NCBI GenBank assembly: GCA_964475905.1 | Contig: CAYYXX010000001.1 | Coordinates: forward strand, 2,989-66,988 | Length of the DNA stretch: 64,000 nt | Direction: 5' to 3' | DNA from: an uncultured Clostridium sp. | GTDB taxonomy: Bacteria > Bacillota_I > Bacilli_A > RF39 > UBA660 | Shown: one piece after another, positions 40,699-50,505 of the stretch | How the letters are laid out: each line of letters starts with the position of its first letter | Numbering within the stretch: the stretch's first letter is position 1 | Notes under the pieces: generated by a model | Databases searched by the model: none | Seen by the model: the letters and a program-made list of their open reading frames with translations, nothing else | Told to the model about the DNA's origin: nothing | Made by a program: the position numbers and the translations under genes

Positions 40699-41823
40699 AT
40701 GGATGATGAAAGACAAATAAATTGGTTAGGACTATTCATAAAAATAGTAATAGTATTTATATTTTTAATAATAATAGTATGGTTAGTATCAAAAATAATA
40801 AATAATAATAAACCATCAGAAACATTTAAAAATAATATAAATAATATGGAAGAAGTAGCACTTTCATACTTCAAAGAAATAGAATTACCAACAGAAAAAG
40901 GAAAAAGCATAAAAATAACATTAGAAGATATGATAGAAAAAGAATTAATACTATCTATAAATGATGATGGAAACAACGCTTGTGATACAAAGAAAAGTTA
41001 TTCAAAAATAACAAGAGAAAAGAAAGAATATAAAATAGAAACAAAATTAAAATGTGGTAAAGAAGAAGATACCATAACAAGAAAACTAAGTTTCAAAGAT
41101 TATGAAAAGACAAAAAAAGAAAATACTACTACAGATAGTAATAAAGAAAATAAAGAAACAACAGCGGAAAATCCCCCTATAGAGACTCCAAGTAAAAAGA
41201 CAACATATTATGAATACAAAAAAGAAAATACAAATTATAGTAAATGGATGCGAGGAGAATTATTAGGAGAAAATATAGAAAACAAATATGAATACTATAA
41301 AGTAGCAGAGCAAACTTACTACACATTAGGTACAATAGAAAAAAACAAAACAAATGTATCATATACAATAAAACTAAATAATGTACCAAATAAAGAATAT
41401 TATTTCACAGTAGTAGAAAAAGTAGAATACTTAAATAACGATGAAAAAGAATATTTAAGTCAAAAAGATAATACCATAATAGAAAAACAAAATATAAAAG
41501 ATATTCCAACTAGTATTACTAAATATTCTTTATTAGAAGATAATTTCCAATATAAATTAACACCATACTACCGTAAAGGAGAATTCTATATAAATGTAGA
41601 TATAGAAAAAACAAAAGAAGCAACATCATATAAAAATATCTATTTTATCCCATTAAAAATAACCATAAAATTCTCTTCACCAGAGATAACAGATACAAAA
41701 CCAAATGGAGAATATGAAAAAATATCATACTACAGATATGTAGAAAAAACATCAGAAACAAAATGGTCAACAGAAACAGAATTATCTGGATATACCAAAA
41801 CAGGCAAAATTAAAGAACAATAA
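40699..41823 (+). CDS. hypothetical membrane-anchored K/E/Y/T-rich protein
   Basis: One N-terminal TM helix, then a low-complexity extracytoplasmic region of about 340 aa. Confidence 0.5.
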   Translation: MDDERQINWLGLFIKIVIVFIFLIIIVWLVSKIINNNKPSETFKNNINNMEEVALSYFKEIELPTEKGKSIKITLEDMIEKELILSINDDGNNACDTKKSYSKITREKKEYKIETKLKCGKEEDTITRKLSFKDYEKTKKENTTTDSNKENKETTAENPPIETPSKKTTYYEYKKENTNYSKWMRGELLGENIENKYEYYKVAEQTYYTLGTIEKNKTNVSYTIKLNNVPNKEYYFTVVEKVEYLNNDEKEYLSQKDNTIIEKQNIKDIPTSITKYSLLEDNFQYKLTPYYRKGEFYINVDIEKTKEATSYKNIYFIPLKITIKFSSPEITDTKPNGEYEKISYYRYVEKTSETKWSTETELSGYTKTGKIKEQ

Positions 41824-41833
41824 AAAGTTAGCA

Positions 41834-42415
41834 CTAGCTAGCTTTTTTTAATATCTTATCAACAATTCCATAATTCAAAGCTTCCATACTATCCATAAAA
41901 TAATCCCTTTCAGTATCCTTATCAATAACATCAATATCTCTACCAGTAACATCAGATAAAATAGAATTAAGCTTTTTCTTAAGTTTTAATATTCTTTCCG
42001 CAGCAATTTTAATTTCAGTAGCTTGACCTTGTGCCCCACCAAGAGGTTGATGAATCATAACCTCAGCATTAGGTAGAATAAATCTCTTCCCCTTTTTACC
42101 AACTGCCAGTAAAAAAGCCGCCATAGAAGCTGAAATACCAACACAAATAGTAGATACATCACTACCAATAAAATTCATAGTATCATAAATAGCCATACCA
42201 GCAGTAATAGAACCACCGGGAGAATTAATATACAAACTAATATCATCATGATTAAGACTATCCAAATATAATAATTCTGCTACTACCACATTAGCAGTAC
42301 TATCAGTAATTTCTCCATTCAAAATAATAATTCTATCTTTCAACAACCTAGAATAAATATCATAAGCTCTCTCACCCATATCATTCTTTTCAATAATAGT
42401 AGGAATTAAATTCAT
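41834..42415 (-). CDS. clpP: ATP-dependent Clp protease proteolytic subunit
   Basis: Catalytic triad context GxSxAMAAF ... MIHQP ... D; 193 aa. Confidence 0.95.
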   Translation of the reverse strand: MNLIPTIIEKNDMGERAYDIYSRLLKDRIIILNGEITDSTANVVVAELLYLDSLNHDDISLYINSPGGSITAGMAIYDTMNFIGSDVSTICVGISASMAAFLLAVGKKGKRFILPNAEVMIHQPLGGAQGQATEIKIAAERILKLKKKLNSILSDVTGRDIDVIDKDTERDYFMDSMEALNYGIVDKILKKAS

Positions 42416-42534
42416 ACGCTCACCTCATAATTAGTATAATATATAATGAGTATAAATAAAACAAAAAAAGAATGACAAAAAATAACATAATATGATATAA
42501 TATATAATATAAAATATCCAAAAGGAGGAATAAA

Positions 42535-44178
42535 ATGGAAACAATAATAATAACCTTGGATGCTAAAGAAAAAAAAGAATATATAAAAGGAATAAAATTA
42601 AAAGAAATAATAAATAACACAGCCAAGGATACTGTAGTAGCGGCTAATTACAATAACAAAATGATATCACTTGAAGATCCATTAACCCAAACAGGTACAT
42701 TATCACTTTATGATATAAATACTAAAGAAGGAAATAAAATATATGAAAAAGGCTTGTTATATTTATTTGAAGTATCCGCAATAAAAATCTTAGGTAAAGA
42801 TACAAAAATAACTATAAAGCATTCCATAGATAAAGGAATATACTGTACCATAAATAAAAATATAACTAATGACGATATAACAAAAATAAAAAAAGAAATG
42901 AAAGACAAAGTAAAAGAAGATATACCATTTAAAAAGATAGAAACAACAAAGTCTGAAGCAATAGAATACTTCAAAAGTATAAAAAGAGAAGATAAAGTAA
43001 GAACATTAGAATATATGAAAGCAAATTATGTAACACTATATAAACTAAGTGAAACATATAACTATATAATAGGAGACCTACCATATACAACAGGAGCCTT
43101 AAAATACTTTGACTTATCACTAATAGCAAATAGAGGAGTAGTAGTAAGATTCCCATCAATATATGACAATAAAAAAATAGTAAAATATACTCACCATGAA
43201 AACTATTTCAATAGTTTAGAAGAATATTCAGTATGGGGAAATAACTTAAATATAAACAATTTAGGAGAATTAAATGAATTTATAACAAACAACAATGCAG
43301 GAGATATAATCCAATTATCAGAAATAATGCAAAACTATAAACTACTGAGTATAGCGGAGCAAATAGTCCTAAATAAAGAAGACTATAAAGTAATACTTCT
43401 ATCAGGACCATCAAGTTCCGGAAAAACAACAACCGCTATGAAGTTATCCCTATACCTAAGAAGTTTAGGATTAAATCCTACCCACTTATCATTAGATGAC
43501 TACTTTCTAGAAAGAAAAGATACTCCAGTAGGAGCAAATGGCAAACCAGATTTCGAATCATTAAAAGCAATAGATACAGAACTATTTGATAATCAAATAA
43601 GTAAATTACTAAAAGGTAACAAAGTAACCGTACCAACATTTAATTTTATAGATGGAAAAAAAGAATATAAAAGAACAGTCAAGTTAAAAGAAAACGATAT
43701 ATTAATAATAGAAGGCTTGCACGCATTAAATGAAGAAATCCTAACCAACATACCCAAAAAGAAAAAATTTAAAATATATATAAGTCCATTAACATATCTA
43801 AATGTTGATAACGATAATAGAATAGGAATGACAGATTTAAGATTACTAAGAAGAATAGTAAGAGATAATAGAACAAGAGGATATTCGCCATCAAAGACAC
43901 TAGAGACATGGCCAGATGTAAGAAATGGTGAAGAAAAATATGTATTCCCATATCAAGATAATGCCAATGCCATGTTTAATACAAGTCTAGCCTATGAATT
44001 AGCAGTAATAAAAACATATGCAGAACCATTACTATTCACTATAAAAGAAGATGATCCAAATTATCAAGTAGCACAAAGATTAATAGAATTACTAAAATTT
44101 GTCCTACCAATACCAAGTGAAACAGTACCTCAAACTTCAATCCTAAGAGAGTTTATAGGAGGAAGCTACTTCGAATAA
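42535..44178 (+). CDS. uridine-kinase-family protein fused to an N-terminal ThrRS/TGS-like domain
   Basis: P-loop LLSGPSSSGKTTTA and uridine-kinase core (DDYF...IIEG); 547 aa, resembling clostridial ThrRS-N/uridine kinase fusion proteins. Confidence 0.7.
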   Translation: METIIITLDAKEKKEYIKGIKLKEIINNTAKDTVVAANYNNKMISLEDPLTQTGTLSLYDINTKEGNKIYEKGLLYLFEVSAIKILGKDTKITIKHSIDKGIYCTINKNITNDDITKIKKEMKDKVKEDIPFKKIETTKSEAIEYFKSIKREDKVRTLEYMKANYVTLYKLSETYNYIIGDLPYTTGALKYFDLSLIANRGVVVRFPSIYDNKKIVKYTHHENYFNSLEEYSVWGNNLNINNLGELNEFITNNNAGDIIQLSEIMQNYKLLSIAEQIVLNKEDYKVILLSGPSSSGKTTTAMKLSLYLRSLGLNPTHLSLDDYFLERKDTPVGANGKPDFESLKAIDTELFDNQISKLLKGNKVTVPTFNFIDGKKEYKRTVKLKENDILIIEGLHALNEEILTNIPKKKKFKIYISPLTYLNVDNDNRIGMTDLRLLRRIVRDNRTRGYSPSKTLETWPDVRNGEEKYVFPYQDNANAMFNTSLAYELAVIKTYAEPLLFTIKEDDPNYQVAQRLIELLKFVLPIPSETVPQTSILREFIGGSYFE

Positions 44179-44192
44179 ATAAAAATAAAAAA
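44116..44192. repeat. 77-bp direct repeat, copy 1 (includes the last ~63 nt of the udk-like gene)
   Basis: Identical except for one mismatch to 48279-48355. Confidence 0.85.
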
Positions 44193-44366
44193 TAATCCTA
44201 ATAATAAATTAGAATTAACAAAAAATAATATAGGATTAATACCCTTAGCAGAATATGTTAAGGGTTTTAAATTGCTTGTAAAAGATCACTAAAAAGAACA
44301 TAATGAATGAAAACAGAACTAAATAAATCTAAAAGTACTGTAGCTGATAAACTTATGATACTCCCA

Positions 44367-44717
44367 CTATTTTTTTAAATCTACTATTGCTTGAATGTAA
44401 GTTTCAGCTTTTATTTTTTCTTCAGCATTTAAACTACGATAATTAGAAATTAAGGCATTTTCTTTTTCTGATAATGAAAAATTAGATGGTGTTGGATCAT
44501 CTGTTAAATCTAATAAATAATCTGTTGAAGTATTTAATATTTTAGCCATTTCTATAATAGTGGATGTCTTAGGTTTAATTTTACCGCTAATATATTGAGA
44601 TATAGCCTCTTGAGATACCTCTAAATCTACTGCTAAAGAGGTAAGAGATTTATTTTGAGCTTTAACCATCTTTTTTAAGTTTTTCATAGTTGTTTTTTCA
44701 TCTTTCAAATCAACCAC
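44367..44717 (-). CDS. XRE-family HTH transcriptional regulator
   Basis: HTH_XRE (LTSLAVDLEVSQEAISQYISGK). Start codon ambiguous between GTG at 44717 and TTG three codons in. Codon usage differs from flanking host genes. Confidence 0.7.
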   Translation of the reverse strand: MVDLKDEKTTMKNLKKMVKAQNKSLTSLAVDLEVSQEAISQYISGKIKPKTSTIIEMAKILNTSTDYLLDLTDDPTPSNFSLSEKENALISNYRSLNAEEKIKAETYIQAIVDLKK

Positions 44718-44774
44718 CTCCTAATATAAGTATTACTTAAAAAAAACTATTTTATAATAAAATTATATAATTAC

Positions 44775-44818
44775 TACTTCAAAATAATTTGAAGTATGGT
44801 ATAATTAAAATTGAAGTA
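44775..44818. promoter_or_regulatory. candidate operator: perfect inverted repeat TACTTCAAA-taa-TTTGAAGTA plus a third TTGAAGTA half-site, overlapping an extended -10 (TGgTATAAT) in the XRE/ATPase divergent region
   Basis: The palindrome lies at 44775-44796 and the extra half-site at 44811-44818. Confidence 0.35.
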
Positions 44819-44840
44819 ATAATTATAATTGGAGGTAACA

Positions 44841-47558
44841 ATGAAAGAAAATATTATAAAATCAGATAGAAAAATAAATAAATTACAAAAGCATATGAAA
44901 AAGCAAGCTCAAAAGAAAGCAAAAGGAATTAAAATAGGTAACAAGAGTTCAAATATAAAGTTTTATAGTTTGAGTATTAATGAAGCACTAAAATATTTAG
45001 ATACAACTAAATTTGGTCTTTCTTTAGATGAGGTAAATAACCGCTTAAAAAAAGATGGTAAAAATCAATTAGTAGAAGCAAAAAAGCAATCCAATTTAGG
45101 CAAATTTTTAAATGAATTTAAAGATTTAATGATAATCATTTTAATAATATCAGCCATTGTGTCATTTTTTCTCTCGATATTAAATAACGAACCTTTTACT
45201 GATAGTATCATCATAATTGCAATAGTAGTTCTTAATGCCATATTAGGATTTGTACAAGAATTAAAAGCAGACAAAGCAATTGATTCATTAAGAAAAATGC
45301 AAACAATAAAAGTCAAAGTTAAAAGAGAAAATAAAATATATATAGTTAATAGTGAAGACATTGTAAGAGGCGATATATTAGTTTTAGAAGCAGGAGATTT
45401 AGTACCAGCTGATGCAAGAATTATTTATCAAGCATCATTGAAGACTGATGAATCCTCTTTAACAGGGGAATCCATTTCTGTTCCTAAGAATATTAAAAAG
45501 ATAGATAAGAACACACCTTTATCATCTAGAAATAATATGATATATTCTGGAACAACCATTGTTCATGGTAAATGTCTTGCTGTAGTTTCTGAAATAGGGA
45601 TGAATACAGAATTTGGTCTTATTGCAAAAAGTCTAAATGAAGAGAAAAAAGAAATTACACCCCTTCAGAAAAAAATAGATGGAATAAGTAAGTTTTTATC
45701 ATTTATCATTGCAATAATAATATTAATAATGTTTGTAATTGGAATTATAAAAGGAATGAATATATTAGATGTGATTATGCTTTCTATTTCTCTTGCTGTA
45801 GCAGCAATTCCAGAAGGATTACCAGCAGTAATTACCATTACTTTGTCGTTAGGAGTCAGCATAATGGCTAAAAAAAATGCTATTGTAAGAAATATGTCTA
45901 GTGTAGAAACTTTAGGATGTACTGAAATAATATGTTCTGATAAAACGGGAACAATTACTCAAAATAAAATGACAGTACAAGAAATATTTTATGATAATAA
46001 AATAAATGATATTAAAAAGATAAATAAAAATAATAAACTATTTGATATTATGATTTTAGATAATAATGTTGTAAAAAATAATGATGAATACATTGGAGAT
46101 CCAACTGAAATAGCACTTTATAAGTGCTGTGAAGAATATTGTAATATTTTAAAAATTAGAAATGATAATAAAAGAATTGATGAATTACCTTTTGATTCAG
46201 ATAGAAAAATGATGTCCACAATAAACAAGAATAATGATACAATAACAATATATACTAAAGGTAGTTTTGATTCACTAATTAACCATTGTTCTTACATATT
46301 TGAAAATAACAAAGTCGTTAAATTGACTGATAAAAAGAAAGCTTCATTAAAGAATATTGAAATTGCTGAATCAAATAAAGCATATAGAATTTTATCTTAT
46401 GCCTATAAAGAAATAGAATCATCATATAAATTAGATGAAAATTTGGAAAATGATTTAATTTTTGTAGGAATGACTGCAATGATAGATCCACCAAGAACTG
46501 ATGTAAAAGAAGCAATAAAGCAATGCAAAATTGCTCATATTAAGCCAATTATGATAACAGGAGATAGTTTAGATACAGCAAAAACTATTGCTAAAGAAAT
46601 TGGTATATTAGATAATGATGATGAAGCAATAATCGGTACAGATATTGATTCAATGGATGATGAAAAATTAAAAGATAGTGTTAATAAATATTCAGTTTAC
46701 GCTAGAGTAAGTCCAATAAATAAATTAAGAATTGTAAAAGCATGGAAAGAAAACAAAAAAATAGTTGCTATGACAGGAGACGGAGTAAATGATGCACCAG
46801 CACTAAAAGCAGCAAATATAGGTGTTGGTATGGGAATAACTGGAACCGAAGTTTCTAAAGGAGTATCCGACATTATACTTTCAGATGATAGTTTTTCAAC
46901 AATAGTAAGTGCAGTAAAAGAAGGAAGAAGAATTTTTGATAACATTAGAAATGTTTTAGTATATCTATTAACAGGAAATATTGCTGAAGTATTAGTTATA
47001 TTTATTGGAATGATTGGTGGAATAGAAATATTTTTACCTATTCAACTATTATATATAAATCTTATAACAGATAGTATACCTGCTATTGCACTTGCATTTG
47101 AAAAAGAAGAAGAAAACATAATGAATAGAAATATTAGAAAAAATGATAGTACATTTTTTACACCATTTTTAATTGCTAAAATGAGTATATCGGCAATATT
47201 AAAAACAATTGCAACATTACTAGTTTATTTTATAAATATAATAGTGTATAATATTGAAATAGCAACAACGCTGTCATTTCTAACTTTAATTCTTTTAGAA
47301 GTTATTTTTGCTTATTCTTGCAAAAATATAAAAAAGAGTATTTTAAATAAAAATATTTTTAATAATAGCTTTATGAATAAAAGTGTATTAATATTATTCG
47401 GTATACAAATTATAGTGTTTACTACACCAATCAAAAGTATATTTAATATTGTAGATGTAAATTTAATACAAGTTTCATATAGTGTTTTAATAGTAATTAT
47501 TATATTTATAATTGATGAATTGTTCAAAAGTATAGTTTATAAGATATTTAAAGATTAG
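44841..47558 (+). CDS. P-type Ca2+-transporting ATPase (P2A/P2B-type)
   Basis: DKTGTIT phosphorylation site, TGES, GDGVNDAPAL, ten TM helices; start at ATG 44841 (RBS GGAGGT); T-rich codon usage unlike the host. Confidence 0.9.
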   Translation: MKENIIKSDRKINKLQKHMKKQAQKKAKGIKIGNKSSNIKFYSLSINEALKYLDTTKFGLSLDEVNNRLKKDGKNQLVEAKKQSNLGKFLNEFKDLMIIILIISAIVSFFLSILNNEPFTDSIIIIAIVVLNAILGFVQELKADKAIDSLRKMQTIKVKVKRENKIYIVNSEDIVRGDILVLEAGDLVPADARIIYQASLKTDESSLTGESISVPKNIKKIDKNTPLSSRNNMIYSGTTIVHGKCLAVVSEIGMNTEFGLIAKSLNEEKKEITPLQKKIDGISKFLSFIIAIIILIMFVIGIIKGMNILDVIMLSISLAVAAIPEGLPAVITITLSLGVSIMAKKNAIVRNMSSVETLGCTEIICSDKTGTITQNKMTVQEIFYDNKINDIKKINKNNKLFDIMILDNNVVKNNDEYIGDPTEIALYKCCEEYCNILKIRNDNKRIDELPFDSDRKMMSTINKNNDTITIYTKGSFDSLINHCSYIFENNKVVKLTDKKKASLKNIEIAESNKAYRILSYAYKEIESSYKLDENLENDLIFVGMTAMIDPPRTDVKEAIKQCKIAHIKPIMITGDSLDTAKTIAKEIGILDNDDEAIIGTDIDSMDDEKLKDSVNKYSVYARVSPINKLRIVKAWKENKKIVAMTGDGVNDAPALKAANIGVGMGITGTEVSKGVSDIILSDDSFSTIVSAVKEGRRIFDNIRNVLVYLLTGNIAEVLVIFIGMIGGIEIFLPIQLLYINLITDSIPAIALAFEKEEENIMNRNIRKNDSTFFTPFLIAKMSISAILKTIATLLVYFINIIVYNIEIATTLSFLTLILLEVIFAYSCKNIKKSILNKNIFNNSFMNKSVLILFGIQIIVFTTPIKSIFNIVDVNLIQVSYSVLIVIIIFIIDELFKSIVYKIFKD

Positions 47559-47644
47559 GAGCAAATACCCTAAAAACAAAAAATATTGCCATTTTTCATG
47601 GCTATGTATGCCTTGAAGGCAAGCTCAAAGCAAGGAAGAAAGGA

Positions 47645-48208
47645 ATGAGACTTAATATGAATGAAAATGGAATTTATGATTCAAAATTGATGCCATTATC
47701 TAATGAAATAAATTTAAGAATTGCTCAAGAAAAATTATTAAATAAAGAACCCTTAACAACGAAAGAAAAAATACTTTTAGGTAGAGATCGCCCAGTTAAA
47801 GTACTTGATGGATATGAACTAAAATCAGATTGTGTATATAGAGCAATTAGTGAAGAATTATATAATAAATATTTAGAATCAGGATTTATATATGGAGTTG
47901 ATGAAGAAGACGAATATACAGAGTACATTCAAGATGGAAAAAGTTTTAATAATAATAAAGGAGTTGATTGGTATCTTGGAGGAGTATGTTTAAGATATGG
48001 TGATGTAATAATTGAATGCCCTGCAAGTGGAAAATATTTTCGCCCAGCCAACGATAATGGATGCCATTTATCTATGGATCCAACTGTTAGGCATATGAAG
48101 TCATCTGGATATATTAATCCTGTTCCAATGAGTATGATTAAATTAATAAAACATCCAAATATTTCTATTGACATTAATGAAATAGGAAATAATCATAAGA
48201 CAAGATAA
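47645..48208 (+). CDS. hypothetical protein (187 aa) carried on the island
   Basis: Good RBS; no recognisable motif; codon usage matches the island. Confidence 0.5.
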   Translation: MRLNMNENGIYDSKLMPLSNEINLRIAQEKLLNKEPLTTKEKILLGRDRPVKVLDGYELKSDCVYRAISEELYNKYLESGFIYGVDEEDEYTEYIQDGKSFNNNKGVDWYLGGVCLRYGDVIIECPASGKYFRPANDNGCHLSMDPTVRHMKSSGYINPVPMSMIKLIKHPNISIDINEIGNNHKTR

Positions 48209-48278
48209 AGGCAAAATATATCAATATACCAGTAAGAATAATAATTATTTCATTGTCTAAATTAAGAAAACTAAAAAT

Positions 48279-48355
48279 AGTGAAACAGTACCTCAAACTT
48301 CAATCCTAAGAGAGTTTATAGGAGGAAGTTACTTCGAATAAATAAAAATAAAAAA
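48279..48355. repeat. 77-bp direct repeat, copy 2
   Basis: Duplicate of 44116-44192; encodes the same ...SETVPQTSILREFIGGSYFE stop. Confidence 0.85.
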
Positions 48356-48378
48356 GCATATATATTAATAGGTGTAAC

Positions 48379-49041
48379 ATGAATAAATACAAACTATTAA
48401 TAATAATATGCTTTTTAATAATAACTCTATGTCTTCCTAAGGTAACTGCTACCGTAAAAAATATAAATCTACTAGGAAAAACCATAGTATTAGACGCAGG
48501 ACACGGTGGAAAAGATAAAGGAGCCACCAGTGGCAAAATAATAGAAAGTGAGCTAAATCTAATAATAACAAAAAAGCTAGAAAAAGAATTAGCCTCAAGA
48601 GGAGCAACTGTCTACTTAACAAGAGAAGATGAAAAAGATCTATCCACAACTACCATAAATAGAAAAAGAAGTGATCTATATAACAGAGCCAAATACATCA
48701 ACAAAATATCTCCTGATATGTACATATCAATCCATCTAAATTCCTCTCCATCCCCCTCATGGCGAGGACTACAAATATTCTATACTGATAAAAACGAAGA
48801 AAATAAAGAAATAGCAGAAATCCTAACCAATCACTTAAAAAATACCATTCCCAATACAAGAGATATAAAAAAAGATAGTAGTTATTATATGTATAAACAT
48901 ATCAAATCCCCGGGAGTACTAATAGAAGCAGGTTTCATATCAAATGCCAATGACAACTACCTATTAAGAAATGAAGAATATCAAAACAAACTAATAGCGG
49001 CAATATCTGATGGTATAGAAAAATATTATCAAAATACCTAA
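48379..49041 (+). CDS. cwlD: N-acetylmuramoyl-L-alanine amidase, Amidase_3 family (CwlD-like germination amidase)
   Basis: Signal peptide plus VLDAGHGGKDKGA ... E ... H zinc-amidase motifs; about 220 aa, typical CwlD size. Confidence 0.7.
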   Translation: MNKYKLLIIICFLIITLCLPKVTATVKNINLLGKTIVLDAGHGGKDKGATSGKIIESELNLIITKKLEKELASRGATVYLTREDEKDLSTTTINRKRSDLYNRAKYINKISPDMYISIHLNSSPSPSWRGLQIFYTDKNEENKEIAEILTNHLKNTIPNTRDIKKDSSYYMYKHIKSPGVLIEAGFISNANDNYLLRNEEYQNKLIAAISDGIEKYYQNT

Positions 49042-49120
49042 AATCACTTCAAAAAAAATAAAAAATAGTGTATACTCATAATAGAAAGAAATAACAAAAA
49101 GAAAAGAAAGGAAGTACACA

Positions 49121-49477
49121 ATGCAAAAAATATATCTAAAATATGATGAATATACACCGCCAGTAGAATGTGATTTCGGTTTTATAAAAGAAATGGTAAT
49201 CCTAGGATTCTTATATCCAATAAAAAAGAAAAATTTTAAAATGTTCAATATTATGTTCATAACAGAAATAGCCGTAATAGCTCTAATACTATCTTTTATA
49301 CCATTAAAAATAAGCATACTAGTAAGTATTATAATGTTATTAATTATCAATACCCTATTTGCGGCCAACTACAATATGATAATAATAGAGAAACTTCTAA
49401 AAGACGGCTATGTCCCACTAGACCACACATCTTCAGAAATATTAATAAATAAAGGAATATACTTCAAGCTTCAATAG
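49121..49477 (+). CDS. hypothetical membrane protein (118 aa)
   Basis: Two TM helices; RBS AAGGAAG. Confidence 0.45.
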   Translation: MQKIYLKYDEYTPPVECDFGFIKEMVILGFLYPIKKKNFKMFNIMFITEIAVIALILSFIPLKISILVSIIMLLIINTLFAANYNMIIIEKLLKDGYVPLDHTSSEILINKGIYFKLQ

Positions 49478-49570
49478 TATAGTTATATTCCTTTTAAAAA
49501 AGAATAAAAAATATATCATTTTACAAAAAAGTGTGATATAATTTAATACAGAATAATGGGAGTTGATGCT

Positions 49571-50497
49571 ATGGAAAAGAATTTCAAGACAATAGAGGAA
49601 CAATTAGAAATACTAAAAAATAAAGCCCTAATAATAGAAGAAGAAAACGAAGTAAAAGAAATACTATTAAAAGAAAACTATTTCTTCATAATGGGATATA
49701 GACACGTATTTCTAAAATCAGAAAGAGATAAGAAGTTTATAGCGGGAACAACATTCAATGAAATATACTCATTATTCACATTTGATAGGAATTTTAGAAA
49801 TATAATATTTAAAAATGTATTAGTTATCGAAAATCAATTAAAATCTGTAATATCATATCAATTATCTAGAAAATATGGATACCGAGAAAAAGATTACTTA
49901 AATCCCAAAAATTTTACAGATAATCATGAAAAAGTAAGGCGTGTAAGAGATCTAATAGATAAGATGAAAAGACAAATAAGAATAAATGCCTCATCACATA
50001 ATGCCACAATGCACTATATAAATAATTACGGATATATTCCCTTATGGGTACTAGTAAAAGTATTATCCTTTGGTATTGTTTGTGAATTATATACCATACT
50101 AAAAAAAGAAGATCAAATAGAAATAGCAGAAATTTTCCAAACAACACCACAAGTATTAGAAGACATATTAATAATACTTTCAAATTACCGTAATTTATGT
50201 GCTCATGAAGATATTGTATTTGAACACAAAACAGAAAGAGTAATACCAGACACCAATTACCACACATTAATGAATATCCCAAAAATGGATGATGAATATA
50301 TATACGGGAAAAACGATTTATTTGCAGTAGTAATTATCTTCAAAATACTACTTAATAAGAAAGCATTTAGACTTATGATGAAAGAAATAGAATATGAAAT
50401 AGAATTATTAGATGGAAGAATAGATACCATTCCAATAAATAAAGTATTAGATAGAATGGGATTTCCAGAAAATTATATAGAAATAATAGAAATGTAG
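49571..50497 (+). CDS. Abi_2-family abortive-infection protein (AbiD/AbiF-like)
   Basis: NYGYIPLWVLVKVLSFG matches the Abi_2 conserved core; stand-alone. Confidence 0.6.
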   Translation: MEKNFKTIEEQLEILKNKALIIEEENEVKEILLKENYFFIMGYRHVFLKSERDKKFIAGTTFNEIYSLFTFDRNFRNIIFKNVLVIENQLKSVISYQLSRKYGYREKDYLNPKNFTDNHEKVRRVRDLIDKMKRQIRINASSHNATMHYINNYGYIPLWVLVKVLSFGIVCELYTILKKEDQIEIAEIFQTTPQVLEDILIILSNYRNLCAHEDIVFEHKTERVIPDTNYHTLMNIPKMDDEYIYGKNDLFAVVIIFKILLNKKAFRLMMKEIEYEIELLDGRIDTIPINKVLDRMGFPENYIEIIEM

Positions 50498-50505
50498 GTG
50501 AAAAA

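Noticed and set aside
44193-44366. Possible small ORFs or an attachment-site core inside the island's left end
   Set aside because: Only a hairpin (acccttagcagaatatgttaagggt followed by a T-run) and trivially short ORFs are present. It is probably the island-internal terminator for the XRE gene.
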